A stretch of 22,170 bases of DNA from Coniocarpon cinnabarinum (taxonomy: Eukaryota). Numbering within the stretch: the first letter of the stretch is position 1; every line of letters begins with the position of its first letter. The position numbers and the translations under genes were made by a program. Below are positions 10,391 through 20,611 of this stretch, one piece after another. The notes beneath the pieces were generated by a model that saw nothing but the letters and a program-made list of their open reading frames with translations, was not told the origin of the DNA and did no database searches. The stretch lies in contig JAVECO010000100.1 of the NCBI GenBank assembly GCA_051942205.1, positions 62,001 to 84,170 of the forward strand, read 5' to 3'.

Positions 10391-11533
10391 TCAGTCACTT
10401 CGCCATGTCAATAAACCAAATGGATCCCTATCCGCCTCGCTAACCACGACCTCCGCATCATCATACTTGTTTCTCAAGCTCTCCTGCAGGCTTCTGCTCA
10501 AAACCATGGCCAGATAGCCCCTCTCACTATTGCTGTGCTCGACACATATGACCGTCTGCCCCTTCTCTGTGGCCGCCAACACCTCATGGTGGCCCATCTC
10601 CCCCGTCACTAACACGTCCACATGCTCCTTCAACTCGCGAAAAACTGACCCGCCAGACCCCGCGCACACAGCAATTGCATCGATGCCGATTTCCGAGATT
10701 TTGGGCGAGTCCCCTGGATACGGTAGCGCGATCTTGAGGCCAGGTGGGTGCAAAAAATTCGCGAGCAGATTGTCGAGCACGAGCGCCAGTGGTTGGCGAG
10801 ACGCGAACCGTAGCACACGGCCCATGCCCGCATTTGGATGGTTCTCAGGCGGGGACGGGGCAGGCAGGATGGATTTCCGGGTCCCGGCAGGGCCCTGGAA
10901 GGAGAGCGCGCTGCTGTTCATGCGCAGCTTGGGGAAATCCTGGGAGGTGTATCGATCCCTCAAAGAAGGGTCCGTCGTGGCGCGATCGTGGCGCGAGGGC
11001 TCGGACGCACGCAGCGCCTGGCCCTCGGACTTCTGCAGGCGGCCTGCGAGCATGTTCATGAGCCAATCCGCATTGCCACCATCGGCGGCGTCGACGGCCG
11101 TGTGCGGGGTGTACACGGAGATGCCTTCTGCGGCGAGGCGAAGCAACGAGCGCTGCTGCGGATCAGCAGTGGTGATGGATTTGAGTGGCTTGAAAATGAT
11201 GGGATGGTAAGCGACAATGAGGCTGGCGCGCGATTCAATGGCCTCATCGGCAACGGCGGTGGTGAGGTCGATGGTCAAGAGCACTTTATGTTTGAGTGGC
11301 GATGTACGTGTCATATTAATCGTAGCCTCGAGGAGAAGCCCAGCGTTATCAAAAGATTTGTCGACAAGGGTCTCTGGATAGAGCTTCCGCATCGCAGAGA
11401 CCGCCGCCAGCGTAAAGGGGGAGACACGGTCCTGAGACATGGTGAGAAGAGAAAAGCAGCGGCTATATTTAGAGCTTCTCGACGACCACGCAGAGCACGC
11501 AAAGACTTTTCTCATGCAACGAAAGTCTAGCAT
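10391..11533 (-). CDS. NIF3: NIF3/DUF34 (NGG1-interacting factor 3) metal-binding protein; in-frame ATGs at 11533, 11515 and 11440
   Basis: Motifs DKSFDNAGLLLE, VLLTIDLTTAVADEA, IVAYHPIIFKPLKSIT, ISVYTPHTAVDA, IAVCAGSGGSV, VTGEMGHHEVLAA and EHSNSERGYL. Confidence 0.95.
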   Translation of the reverse strand: MLDFRCMRKVFACSAWSSRSSKYSRCFSLLTMSQDRVSPFTLAAVSAMRKLYPETLVDKSFDNAGLLLEATINMTRTSPLKHKVLLTIDLTTAVADEAIESRASLIVAYHPIIFKPLKSITTADPQQRSLLRLAAEGISVYTPHTAVDAADGGNADWLMNMLAGRLQKSEGQALRASEPSRHDRATTDPSLRDRYTSQDFPKLRMNSSALSFQGPAGTRKSILPAPSPPENHPNAGMGRVLRFASRQPLALVLDNLLANFLHPPGLKIALPYPGDSPKISEIGIDAIAVCAGSGGSVFRELKEHVDVLVTGEMGHHEVLAATEKGQTVICVEHSNSERGYLAMVLSRSLQESLRNKYDDAEVVVSEADRDPFGLLTWRSD

Positions 11534-12899
11534 GAAGAGCAGACGAAAGCATCATCAATCGCTTCGAAAAAAGCTATCTACCTACCGCCTCGCTGCACGT
11601 TCTTCAACTGTCACGGGACTACGCCTAATGAGGCAAATTTACCGAAGCTCGGGCCGATAGTTGTGTCCCACAGTGATTACCGCAGAGCACTTTAGTATTT
11701 ATGCAAGTACTGTCTATTACTGAGAGCCATCTGCCCAGCTTTAATGATGACTGTGCCATTATTCGTCGTCACAATCAGGCACGTAGCTCTTATTCTTGAA
11801 GCGTCGGATTGAAATTCTTAGCCTGGCAAACATAAGGTTACTGAAATGTTGATTTAGCGACTGCCACAAGCTCTCCAAATGCCTGGAAGGATTTTTCCCA
11901 GAGCCCCTTTGCAAGATCTATCATTGATAAGCGTCTTCAAGCTGCGGTGGCAAAGTGAGTAGCCGCAAATAAACTACGTACATGTCAAGAAACTATTCGA
12001 TTCTGGGGTCACTCAAAGGAAGGCTAGGTCGACCGGGTTGGAGTTGGGATCTTTCGTGATTTGACGATCTCGTGGTGCTTACTTCAGGCCCCATCGATAT
12101 CAAATCTTGCGCCTGTTGCTGTTCTAACTTTTTCTCGCAGCGAAACGCCTGAATCTTGATCTTCAAAGGCGTTATGTGACACATTGGTGCCAGAGGCAGC
12201 ACTCAAACTGGCCGAAGTGCCTGGTTTTGCTGCCCATGAGGAGAGGGTTTACGAGCAGCTCATGCTGGAAGTCATAAGGCTGACATTCACACATGGAAGT
12301 GGGCTTGACAGCGGTAGTACTCCAGATAAAGGAATCACAGCATCGCCGTCAGTTGTAGGTGTATTTTCACACCCCAAACACGAATGCATACACGTAGACA
12401 TACGACACCACTGCAGCTTCAACGGAAGAGGCATAGAAGGTAAAAGACCTTGCGCTTGCGATACATAAGCTTGTAAATACGGCATACGTGCTTTTGTTAG
12501 CAGCATCTGGCAGCTGATCCCGGCCTTACGCCAATAGCATACAAGGGCGAAGAAGTCTGATACGATCCAGATCGTTAGGGTCACGTACGAATGAACAGAT
12601 AGCATCAGACCTGAAGAGGTTGTCGATGCATGTCGTCGAAATGACACGCAATGCAATGCATATTAGGCAGCTACTAAACTGAGTCGCAGTAAATTAGTAA
12701 GCCGTCAGCGGCAGTCGCAGCGGTCAGCTATAGTAGTACAATCAGCTAGGGCCATCGCTACATTGTTCTCACTCCATCCTACTCAGGAGTCTCTAAAGCA
12801 TCTCTACGTTTTCATCCATCTTGACTCCTGCCAACAACGTTACTGCCTTGTCATGATTCTCTAGTCAATCTGCCCGCCACGGAGACGTATCTCTACAGC

Positions 12900-14282
12900 T
12901 CACACTTTGGTCTCAGCCGCTTTTCTTAGCCTGTTCATTACGGCGGCTGCAGCAGGCCCAAGATCCTGGTCAATGCCTTCCACAAAAATTACTTCGACGT
13001 TCTTTAGATCCAGAAGCCGAAGCGCTGCAAACAAGCCTCTAGCTATATGCTCGGCCTCGTGTCCGAGACATATATCCCACATAGACATGCGCATTTGCGC
13101 CTCGTCGGTACTGGTATATTCTGTCGCTTGATAATTGTTATGATCTATTCCAAGCATGTCCGCCTGCTCCGAGGTTATACCCCGGTCGTTTATCTGCAGT
13201 GCAGCGGTCTGTAATAGGACGGGCCACGTAGCTGTCCGGATCACGCCGAAATTACTGCCCGTAGGAAGGCGCTTCCGGATATCCTGTAAAGATGGCGGGT
13301 CGCTATTTGGCTCAATGAGGACAAGGCTTGCTTTGGGACTATAGTGTCTGTATTTCATTCCCGGCGCTCGAGGCTTCCCAGCATCTTTGCTGGGCCAATC
13401 CTGATATCCGAGTGTGACCTTTTCCCACCCCGCCACGCTTCGGATCATGTCCAAGCTGATGCCTCCCGGTCGTAGAATGGAGGGTGGCTCGCTGAGGCCA
13501 TCTACAACGGTGCTTTCTACGCCAACCTCGCACGGTCCGCCATCAACTATTGTGAAGAGCTTGCCGGAAAGATCATGCAACACGTGTTCGGCTGTGGTTG
13601 GCGAAGGTTTAGATGAGGAATTGGCGGAAGGTGCTGCCAGTGGTCTGTCTGAGGCTTTGAGCAAGGCGAGAGCGACTGGATGCGAGGGCATGCGCACTCC
13701 AACGGTGGGCAAGCCAGCTGTGACTTCTGCTGCCAGGCTCGATTCCGCGGGATTGCGTAATAGTATGGTCAATGGCCCAGGCCAAAACCGCTTTACCAAG
13801 CCGTGGTAGATTGAAGGTATGACATTCGCTGGCTGGCCTTCCTCGTGCAAAGCGCTCTCATTTGACGGTGTCTGAAACATCGACCGAAGCTGCGAAAGTG
13901 AATGGATGTGTACAATGAGAGGATTGTCGACGGGTCGACCCTTTGCAGCGAAAATATTGCGGACAGCGGACGAGCGCGATGCATCAGCACCCAAGCCATA
14001 GACAGTCTCTGTGGGAAATGCAACAGGCATGTCAGAGCTTCGGAGTTCAAACGCGGCTTGCGTAATACTAGCATGCGTTTGGGGATGTGAGAAAGTGAGC
14101 GAACTTCCTTTAGTAAATGACGGCGAGTCTCTGGGAGGGCGGAAATGAATATGCCTGGGGTCGACCGCAAGTATCTTGGTGCTGGAACCGGGAGAGCTTT
14201 CGACATTTAGGCCTGCCATGGTAGGTTTGGTCTCTATGACGGCTCGCGCCCGGGAAAAGGCTCTCCAAGCACTGCGGATCAT
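12900..14282 (-). CDS. SUA5: Threonylcarbamoyl-AMP synthase Sua5 (t6A tRNA modification); second in-frame ATG at 14219
   Basis: YrdC motifs VAFPTETVYGLGA, KGRPVDNPLIVH, FWPGPLTI, PLAAPSAN and GVESTVVD, plus the SUA5-domain APGMKYRHYSP and AVMNRLRKAA. Confidence 0.96.
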   Translation of the reverse strand: MIRSAWRAFSRARAVIETKPTMAGLNVESSPGSSTKILAVDPRHIHFRPPRDSPSFTKGSSLTFSHPQTHASITQAAFELRSSDMPVAFPTETVYGLGADASRSSAVRNIFAAKGRPVDNPLIVHIHSLSQLRSMFQTPSNESALHEEGQPANVIPSIYHGLVKRFWPGPLTILLRNPAESSLAAEVTAGLPTVGVRMPSHPVALALLKASDRPLAAPSANSSSKPSPTTAEHVLHDLSGKLFTIVDGGPCEVGVESTVVDGLSEPPSILRPGGISLDMIRSVAGWEKVTLGYQDWPSKDAGKPRAPGMKYRHYSPKASLVLIEPNSDPPSLQDIRKRLPTGSNFGVIRTATWPVLLQTAALQINDRGITSEQADMLGIDHNNYQATEYTSTDEAQMRMSMWDICLGHEAEHIARGLFAALRLLDLKNVEVIFVEGIDQDLGPAAAAVMNRLRKAAETKV

Positions 14283-14953
14283 GCGAAGTTTCTGCAGTCC
14301 GCTCTCGTCGCCAGCTGTCTGTCGCAATGCCTATTAATAAGTCGACTTGGTCTGAGTTATCTCCCCGTCACGATCAGTGGAGAGCTTCCTGCAGATTTAC
14401 CTTGCTAACGTCCAGAATTGGCGCCGACTATTGTGACTAAGACTTATGTAGGTAGTCTTGCGGTGCAACACTGGCAGGGCGATGACAAGGTTCTGTTCTT
14501 AGGCAGAATTTCATTTGCCGGCACTGATGTGACCTTTCACATCCGCCCGTGGTGGGTCCGAATTCAAGGAGCTCGCCGAAAGAATCCTGAAATCATTTCG
14601 GAATCTTTGCGGAATCTGTAGGTGAGGATCGGTTGAGTTGAGGCGCGCAGAGTCAATTGTTTCGAAGCTCAAAGCAATCTCCTGCCCGCATCGCGTCGAA
14701 CTAGACTCCCGTGTCATTGACGGCAGTCGCAGCATGACTATACACCAGACAACGGGCCTGAGAAACATCGACGAACGATGGCGGCGCGACTCGGCCGCAT
14801 TGTGCGACGGTTGGCAGGGTCTGGGTCCCTCAGATTCCACAACAGCAACACGCCTCGGCACCAGCTAGTCGTATGTCATCGCAGCGCCCGTCGTCGGGCA
14901 ACCTTTTCTCTATAATACAGTAGGGCGACGACGCTATGCCTTCGCGTGAGATT

Positions 14954-17900
14954 CTAGACAGTCATGCTATATCCGCCCATGCTTTTTGTAGATTGTCGCC
15001 TTTTCCAGAACTTGCGCGCCTCATCCGCCCAGAACACACAGCTTGCAATGAGGACCAGTCTGATGAGATCGAAAAGGCCTAATGCTTCAGTCTGGAAGAC
15101 ATTCTGCAGTGGTGGGAAATAGATGACTAGCGCCTGCCCGATCAAACTGCCGGCGACAGCGTAGTTGAACATCTTGTTTGAGAAGATGCCAATTTCTCCT
15201 TGGAGGACCGATTTGCCTTCGGATCGACAGGTGAGGGCATTGAACATGTCAAAGAGAACGAAAGAAGTGAATGTCAGTGTCGTGTCGCGGGCCGTGATAT
15301 GGTTGTCCCAGGACATTTCGTGAATATAAGTGAGCATCGTGCCGGACATAATGACGAATGCAGATTGCAGCACCCGCTGAATAAGGGCAGGAGTGAGCAC
15401 TCGGGCGCGCTTGGAACGAGGCGGTCGGGACATGACAGCTGGATCTACGGGCTCGACTCCGAGTGACTGAGCGGGAGGGCCATCCATGAGAATGTCTGCA
15501 AAGTGTCAAATCAGCCTGTGCATCCCAGAAGACAAAGCCTGACTGCGACTTACTTATCCAAAGAATCTGCATGGCGTTCAGTGGGTTTGGAAAGCCGAGT
15601 AAGGTGCTTATGAATACAAGACTCAGCGCAGCGGCACTGGTGCTTAATTGGAAAGTAAGAAAGTTTTGAATGTTCGAGAAGATGCCTTTACCCTCTTCAA
15701 TCGCGTTCAGAATGGTCGAAAAGTCGTCGTCCGTCAGAATCATGTCAGCTGCTTCTTTTGCTACATCAGTGCCTAAGCGACCCATCGAAACGCCAATATC
15801 AGCCTTCTTAAGCGCAGGCGCGTCGTTTACGCCATCGCCAGTCATGGCCACAACGTCCCCTCGAGCTTGCAACGCTCTAATGATTTTCATCTTGTGCTCA
15901 GGGCTGGTGCGAGCAAAGATGTTGGTCGTAGCGATTGTCTGAGTCAGCTCGGCATCAGTCATCCCATCGAGCTCTTCGCCGTTAACAACAGGCCTGCCAA
16001 TGACCGAACTCGGATTGACTGGCATTCCAAGCTTCTTGCTCACAGCCATCGCGGTTTCCTCAGAGTCGCCAGTGATCATAATGACTTTCACGCCGCCGGC
16101 CATAAGCCGTCGAATGGATCGGTCAACGTTCTTGCGTGGAGGATCACTCATGCCTGCGAGGCCAGCAAACGCGAGTCCTTGGTATGTCTGCTCGCTGTTC
16201 TTGCTCTCTTCCAAATGCTGCGCAGCGGGCTGCCCGCACGCAAACGCCAGGACGCGCAGACCATCCTTGGCCATGTCGGTTGCAGCTTCGCGAACTCTCC
16301 TCCGGTGCGCCTCGTCGATCACCACATCATGGCCATCTCCGGTGATGTAGGTATCGCATCGCTTCAGTACTTGTTCGAGAGCGCCCTTCACGTAAGCGAT
16401 ACTTTTGGAATCTGAAACACCGTCGTCACTTGATCCAGAGTGTACGACACCCATCCATTTGCGTTCCGAGCTGAACGGCGTTTCCTTGTCTCTAGTACCA
16501 AGGCGCTCTCGTACATCACTCTCGCCCAACGCATCCAGCAAGTCAAGCATAGCGACATCGGTTGGTTGGCCAAGCCAGCGACTTTTCATAGTCTCTGATT
16601 CATCTCCGCTTGTTGAGGCCCAGATTGCCGAAGATGCCACTGAGGAGTGTGCGTGGTTGTTGAGTCGAGCATTATTCGCAACATTTGCGACCCGAAGTAT
16701 CTGCTTCGTGGGCTTGTCATAGTTATGAGACTGGTGAAGACTCTGAGGCTCGAATGCCGCAGTGCACTCGGAGTGCCAGAGTTTGGTAACAGTCATATGG
16801 TTCATGGTTAACGTACCAGTTTTGTCGCTACATATGACGTTGACAGACCCCAGGGTTTCAACACTTGGTAAACGCTTCACTATTGCATGTCTGCGAGACA
16901 TTCGAAACACCCCCAGTGCCAGGGTGACGGTAACAATAATCGGTAGACCTTCAGGGATGGCAGCAACGGCCAGCGAGACGCCCGTTTGGAACATGTCCAG
17001 AAAATTCCAGCCGCGCCACAGACCAACTAGCATGATGAAGGCGATCACCCCGAATGACATGTAACTGAGATCTTTGCCTAGTCGATCCATTGACATTTGC
17101 AGCGGAGTTCGCGGACTCTCGATTTCCTCTAACGATTTCGAAACGGCACCGAACTCAGTCGCACCTCCTGTCCCAATGACGATACCATGGCCGTAGCCCG
17201 ATCGCACAAGCGTGCCCATGAATGCCACGTTAGTTTGGTCGTTCAGTCGAAGGTCCGCGCCCACCGTCCCAGATGCTGCCGAATGATATTCACTAGGCTT
17301 TCTTACATGCCCGGGCTGTTGCAATGATCCAGAAAACTTGTTCACTGGTTCATTCTCACCTGTCAAATTGGACTCATCAATGGATAGATCTGCGCAGTGT
17401 GTGATGCGGACATCGGCGGGTATTCTGTCCCCTGTGTAGAACGAGATGAGATCCCCCACCACCAGTGATGCGGCAGAAACAGTTCGATTGTAGTGCTCTG
17501 CAGGCACGCTGGCCTTCTTCTCGTTGACTGGCCCCACGGCTGTTCCGTTGGTCTCGCCAGCACTCCGAATCAAATTTGCGTAGTGGGGTACAAGTCGACT
17601 AAGAGCCTCAAGCGACTTCTCTGAACGGTATTCTTGTACAAATCCAACAGTAACAACGATCGTGACCGCGGCAGCTATACTGATCGCATCTTCGAGGTTA
17701 CCCATAAACAGCGACACCGCCGCTGAACCCAAAAGAAGCAGGATGAGTGTCTCCTGAAATTGCTGCAGAAAACGCTTCCACAGAGCTTCGGGTTCCTCGT
17801 GAGGAAGCTCGTTAGGCCCATCGTCGTGCAACCGCCGCTCTCCCTCAGCCGGGCTTAGTCCGTGCGACAGAGAGGTCTCAAGACGGCCGGCGGTCTCTTC

Positions 17901-18124
17901 TGGACTGAGGACAGCATACTGGGAAGTCTTCGGTGCCTAATGTCCTTCCGTGAGCTACGATCGGCTTCTCGTGCTGACCAGGGACTTACACCTGTGGTGC
18001 CATCAGAACGGTGGCTCTGCCTTGAAGAAGATCGCGAGACGGGGGGGTCCGCTGCTGCTTCTGGACGTAATGTGTTGCTGGGTTCATTGTGAAGAGGTAA
18101 TGTGGGAGACGCAGAGCGAGCCAT
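14954..18124 (-). CDS. PMR1: Golgi Ca2+/Mn2+ P-type ATPase (SPCA/PMR1), about 1019 aa; exons 18124-17990, 17936-15554, 15495-14954
   Basis: Motifs [26 protein letters not shown] (phospho-Asp), [22 protein letters not shown] and [24 protein letters not shown]. Introns 17989-17937 (GTAAGT..GCTCAC..TAG) and 15553-15496 (GTAAGT..CAG) restore the frame; spliced length is 3060 nt. Confidence 0.96.
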
Positions 18125-18593
18125 GCCGATAGACGCTGCGAAGGTTCAATGCATGCCGTACCTAGTTGGCAAGAGGAGACCCATGTGACAAAGCTGGAAC
18201 GAATATGTGAATTCGAGGATTCGCGAGCTTCAACGCTTCACAACACCGGCTGGAGGAAACTCTAGTGTGTGGCATTTGAAAGCACAAGCAAGGGAACTTT
18301 TCAACAGCAACATTATCCAGTATTCAGCACACAAGAAAATGGGCGCGATCTTAATATCAAACGCAACTACCGGAAGCGGCATCTTGGGATGACTCGACCG
18401 AGCGTGACCGGCCGGATCACCTGTTCGGTCACGGCCTTTCCTAAGGGTTAGTCGAACCCTCGCGCGCAACTACACCAGCCACCCAGTTTCGTGCTTGCGC
18501 AGAATGCAGGTTGCGCCTCGTTACTATTCTATCGAACCCGCTGCGATTGCATAAATCAACCTGGTCTTGGTGATCTCGCTCAGCTCCAGTCCG

Positions 18594-18710
18594 GTCGCGC
18601 GATATCTGAGCCGTCTTATGAGCTCTGTTCATAGGGGTCATCTCTGCGCCGACAATCTAGGCGCGTGCTGCCCACAACAAAACAACGCGTACCTTCACTT
18701 GCGCGTTTCG
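18594..18710. promoter_or_regulatory. MCB-like (ACGCGT/CGCG) cluster upstream of RAD21 in the PMR1/RAD21 divergent promoter
   Basis: ACGCGT at 18685-18690, with CGCG cores near 18597, 18662 and 18702, all within about 200 bp of the RAD21 ATG. MCD1/rad21 are established G1/S-expressed, MBF-associated genes in yeasts. Confidence 0.5.
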
Positions 18711-18793
18711 CCGAAAACCTTTATTCTAGGGCTTTGCAACGCACCAGCGCATTCCCTCTTGCGCTTTGCTCGCTCAAACACACATGCAACACC

Positions 18794-20611
18794 ATGTTCT
18801 ATTCGGAAACCTTGCTGGCCAAGACCGGCCCTTTGGCTCGTGTCTGGCTCTCCGCGAACGTCGAGCGAAAGCTTTCAAAGAGTCAGGTCCTGAGCTCGAA
18901 CCTGAATGATAGTGTACACGCCATTGTCGATCGGGGTCAAGCACCGCTAGCACTACGTTTGAGCGGTCAGCTGCTGCTCGGAGTCGTGCGCATCTACAGC
19001 AGGAAAGCCCGCTATCTGTTGGACGACTGCAATGAGGCCATACTCAAGATTAAGATGGCGTTTCGGCCAGGCAATGTCGATCTTCCAGCCCACCAGTCAC
19101 ACACGACTTCATCTGCTGCATTAAATTTGCCAGACGTGTTGACAGAAGTTGACTTGCTTGCACCGGGTCCGGACTTGTCGTTGCTGTTGGCGCAAGACGA
19201 AGATCCTAGTCTTCTGCTCGAGCCCAGTCAAAACCTGCCGAACAGTGTCGAGCGTGGCCGTGCCACATCCACTTTCTCCGACGGCTTCGACCGCAACTCA
19301 GGTCGAGCGGAATTGCCGATTGAGCAAGGCCGAGCAGCTGGACGGGCGATGGCGGATAACTCCACCATGATCCGCGACGAAGATGTTCTTGACGACGGAG
19401 GCATCCAATTCGACGATATAGACGATCCGCTTGATGAACCCAGGCCCGTGCAATACGATCAGACCATGGATACCACGGCCCTCGACGAGCTCGCCCCTCA
19501 GCCGCTCAACGACGAGCCGCTGGGTGGGATGGACGAACCTCTCCTAACCACCGACGAGCAAGTAGACTCTCTACCCGCAGCTCAAGAAGCAACCTCCGCA
19601 CCGCTCGCACGCACTCGGTCCCGTGATCGATCTGAATCTGTTCTGTCCGAGCTTGATCCTAACATAGAACGCGAACTCGAACAATCATTCCATGCACGCC
19701 AGTCAGATCTCTTCTCCCCCGAACGGGAGCGGTCGTTCCACGCTCCTCAGCGTGCTGCCAAGAAGCGCAAGATTCTCCACGCGGATGTGAACACACAACT
19801 GCGAAACGAGCAGATCCGAAGTCAACAGGAGGATCGGTCAAAGATCTTAAAGCCCGCGGCCTTTCTGCCACGTGATCCGGTCCTGCTAGCGCTCATGGAA
19901 ATGCAAAAGAATGGCGCATTCGTTTCAAGCATACTTGGTGATGGCATGAACAGAGGGCTAGCGCCCGAGCTGCGCGGCGTTCTGTCCCTGGAGGTGGTGC
20001 GCAGCTCTGGTGACTTGAAACGCAAGCGCGACAGTGGGGTTGCAGGCGTGGAGAGCGAGCCGGAGGTCACGCCCGAGCTCGAATTTCACGACGCGCGGGA
20101 TGTGCTGGGTGTGCCTGATCTAGAGCAGGAGCACAATGTCGATGAGCAAGAAGAGCCGGCAATACAGATTCCAGCGGATTCGCAGCTTGGTCAGGTCTCC
20201 GACGACCAGCCCGATGATGAACATCCCGCGGATAATTTTGACGAAACTACCATGCCTCTTCTCCACCCCAGCGACGCGGGTCCTGTGTCGCTCGGCACGA
20301 AACACGCGGTTCACCTGTTAAGGGAGAAATTGGGGGGGCCCTCGGCGCAGTCGTCGCCGTCTAAACGGGTGCAGAGCAGTGTGCTCTTCACAGACCTGTG
20401 CCCCGAGAAGGTCACGACAAGAGCAGATGCTACAAAGATGTTCTTTGAGACGCTTGTACTGGCGACCAAGGATGCGGTGAAGGTTGAGCAGCCGAGCCAG
20501 GAGGGTAACGAAATGGGGGGCCTACTGCGGGTGAGGGCGAAGCGAGGGCTGTGGGGTGACTGGGCAGAGATGGGGACAGAAGGGGATCAGGTGGTGGCGG
20601 CGTCAGGATAA
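18794..20611 (+). CDS. RAD21: Mitotic cohesin kleisin subunit Rad21/Scc1/Mcd1, 605 aa, single exon
   Basis: N-terminal MFYSETLLAKTGPLARVWLSAN..LALRLSGQLLLGVVRIYSRKARYLLDDC (Rad21_Rec8_N), C-terminal winged helix TRADATKMFFETLVLATKDAVKVEQ, and ATG in accATG context. Confidence 0.96.
   Translation: MFYSETLLAKTGPLARVWLSANVERKLSKSQVLSSNLNDSVHAIVDRGQAPLALRLSGQLLLGVVRIYSRKARYLLDDCNEAILKIKMAFRPGNVDLPAHQSHTTSSAALNLPDVLTEVDLLAPGPDLSLLLAQDEDPSLLLEPSQNLPNSVERGRATSTFSDGFDRNSGRAELPIEQGRAAGRAMADNSTMIRDEDVLDDGGIQFDDIDDPLDEPRPVQYDQTMDTTALDELAPQPLNDEPLGGMDEPLLTTDEQVDSLPAAQEATSAPLARTRSRDRSESVLSELDPNIERELEQSFHARQSDLFSPERERSFHAPQRAAKKRKILHADVNTQLRNEQIRSQQEDRSKILKPAAFLPRDPVLLALMEMQKNGAFVSSILGDGMNRGLAPELRGVLSLEVVRSSGDLKRKRDSGVAGVESEPEVTPELEFHDARDVLGVPDLEQEHNVDEQEEPAIQIPADSQLGQVSDDQPDDEHPADNFDETTMPLLHPSDAGPVSLGTKHAVHLLREKLGGPSAQSSPSKRVQSSVLFTDLCPEKVTTRADATKMFFETLVLATKDAVKVEQPSQEGNEMGGLLRVRAKRGLWGDWAEMGTEGDQVVAASG

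Noticed and set aside
10530..11530. Long antisense ORFs (226 and 230 aa) opposite NIF3
   Set aside because: Expected shadows of a GC-rich coding region with few stop codons; no recognisable motifs.
11744..11844. ATGATGA ... CTGA pair resembling C/D-box snoRNA
   Set aside because: No terminal stem or recognisable rRNA-complementary guide seen, and such short motifs occur by chance. A snoscan run would be decisive.
12570..12590. TTAGGG-containing motif as a possible telomerase RNA template
   Set aside because: Only one repeat unit (GTTAGGGTC) and not the roughly 1.5-repeat TAACCCTAA template; no other supporting elements.
18444..18540. GGTTCGA motifs on the minus strand resembling tRNA T-loop/B-box, with an AGGGTT/AACCCT hairpin
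   Set aside because: No cloverleaf, acceptor stem or correct 7-nt T-loop geometry could be built.
18665..18793. N-terminal extension of RAD21 in the ORF track
   Set aside because: Starts at GTG. The conserved MFYS start at 18794 has a good ATG context, and the region carries promoter-like MCB motifs.
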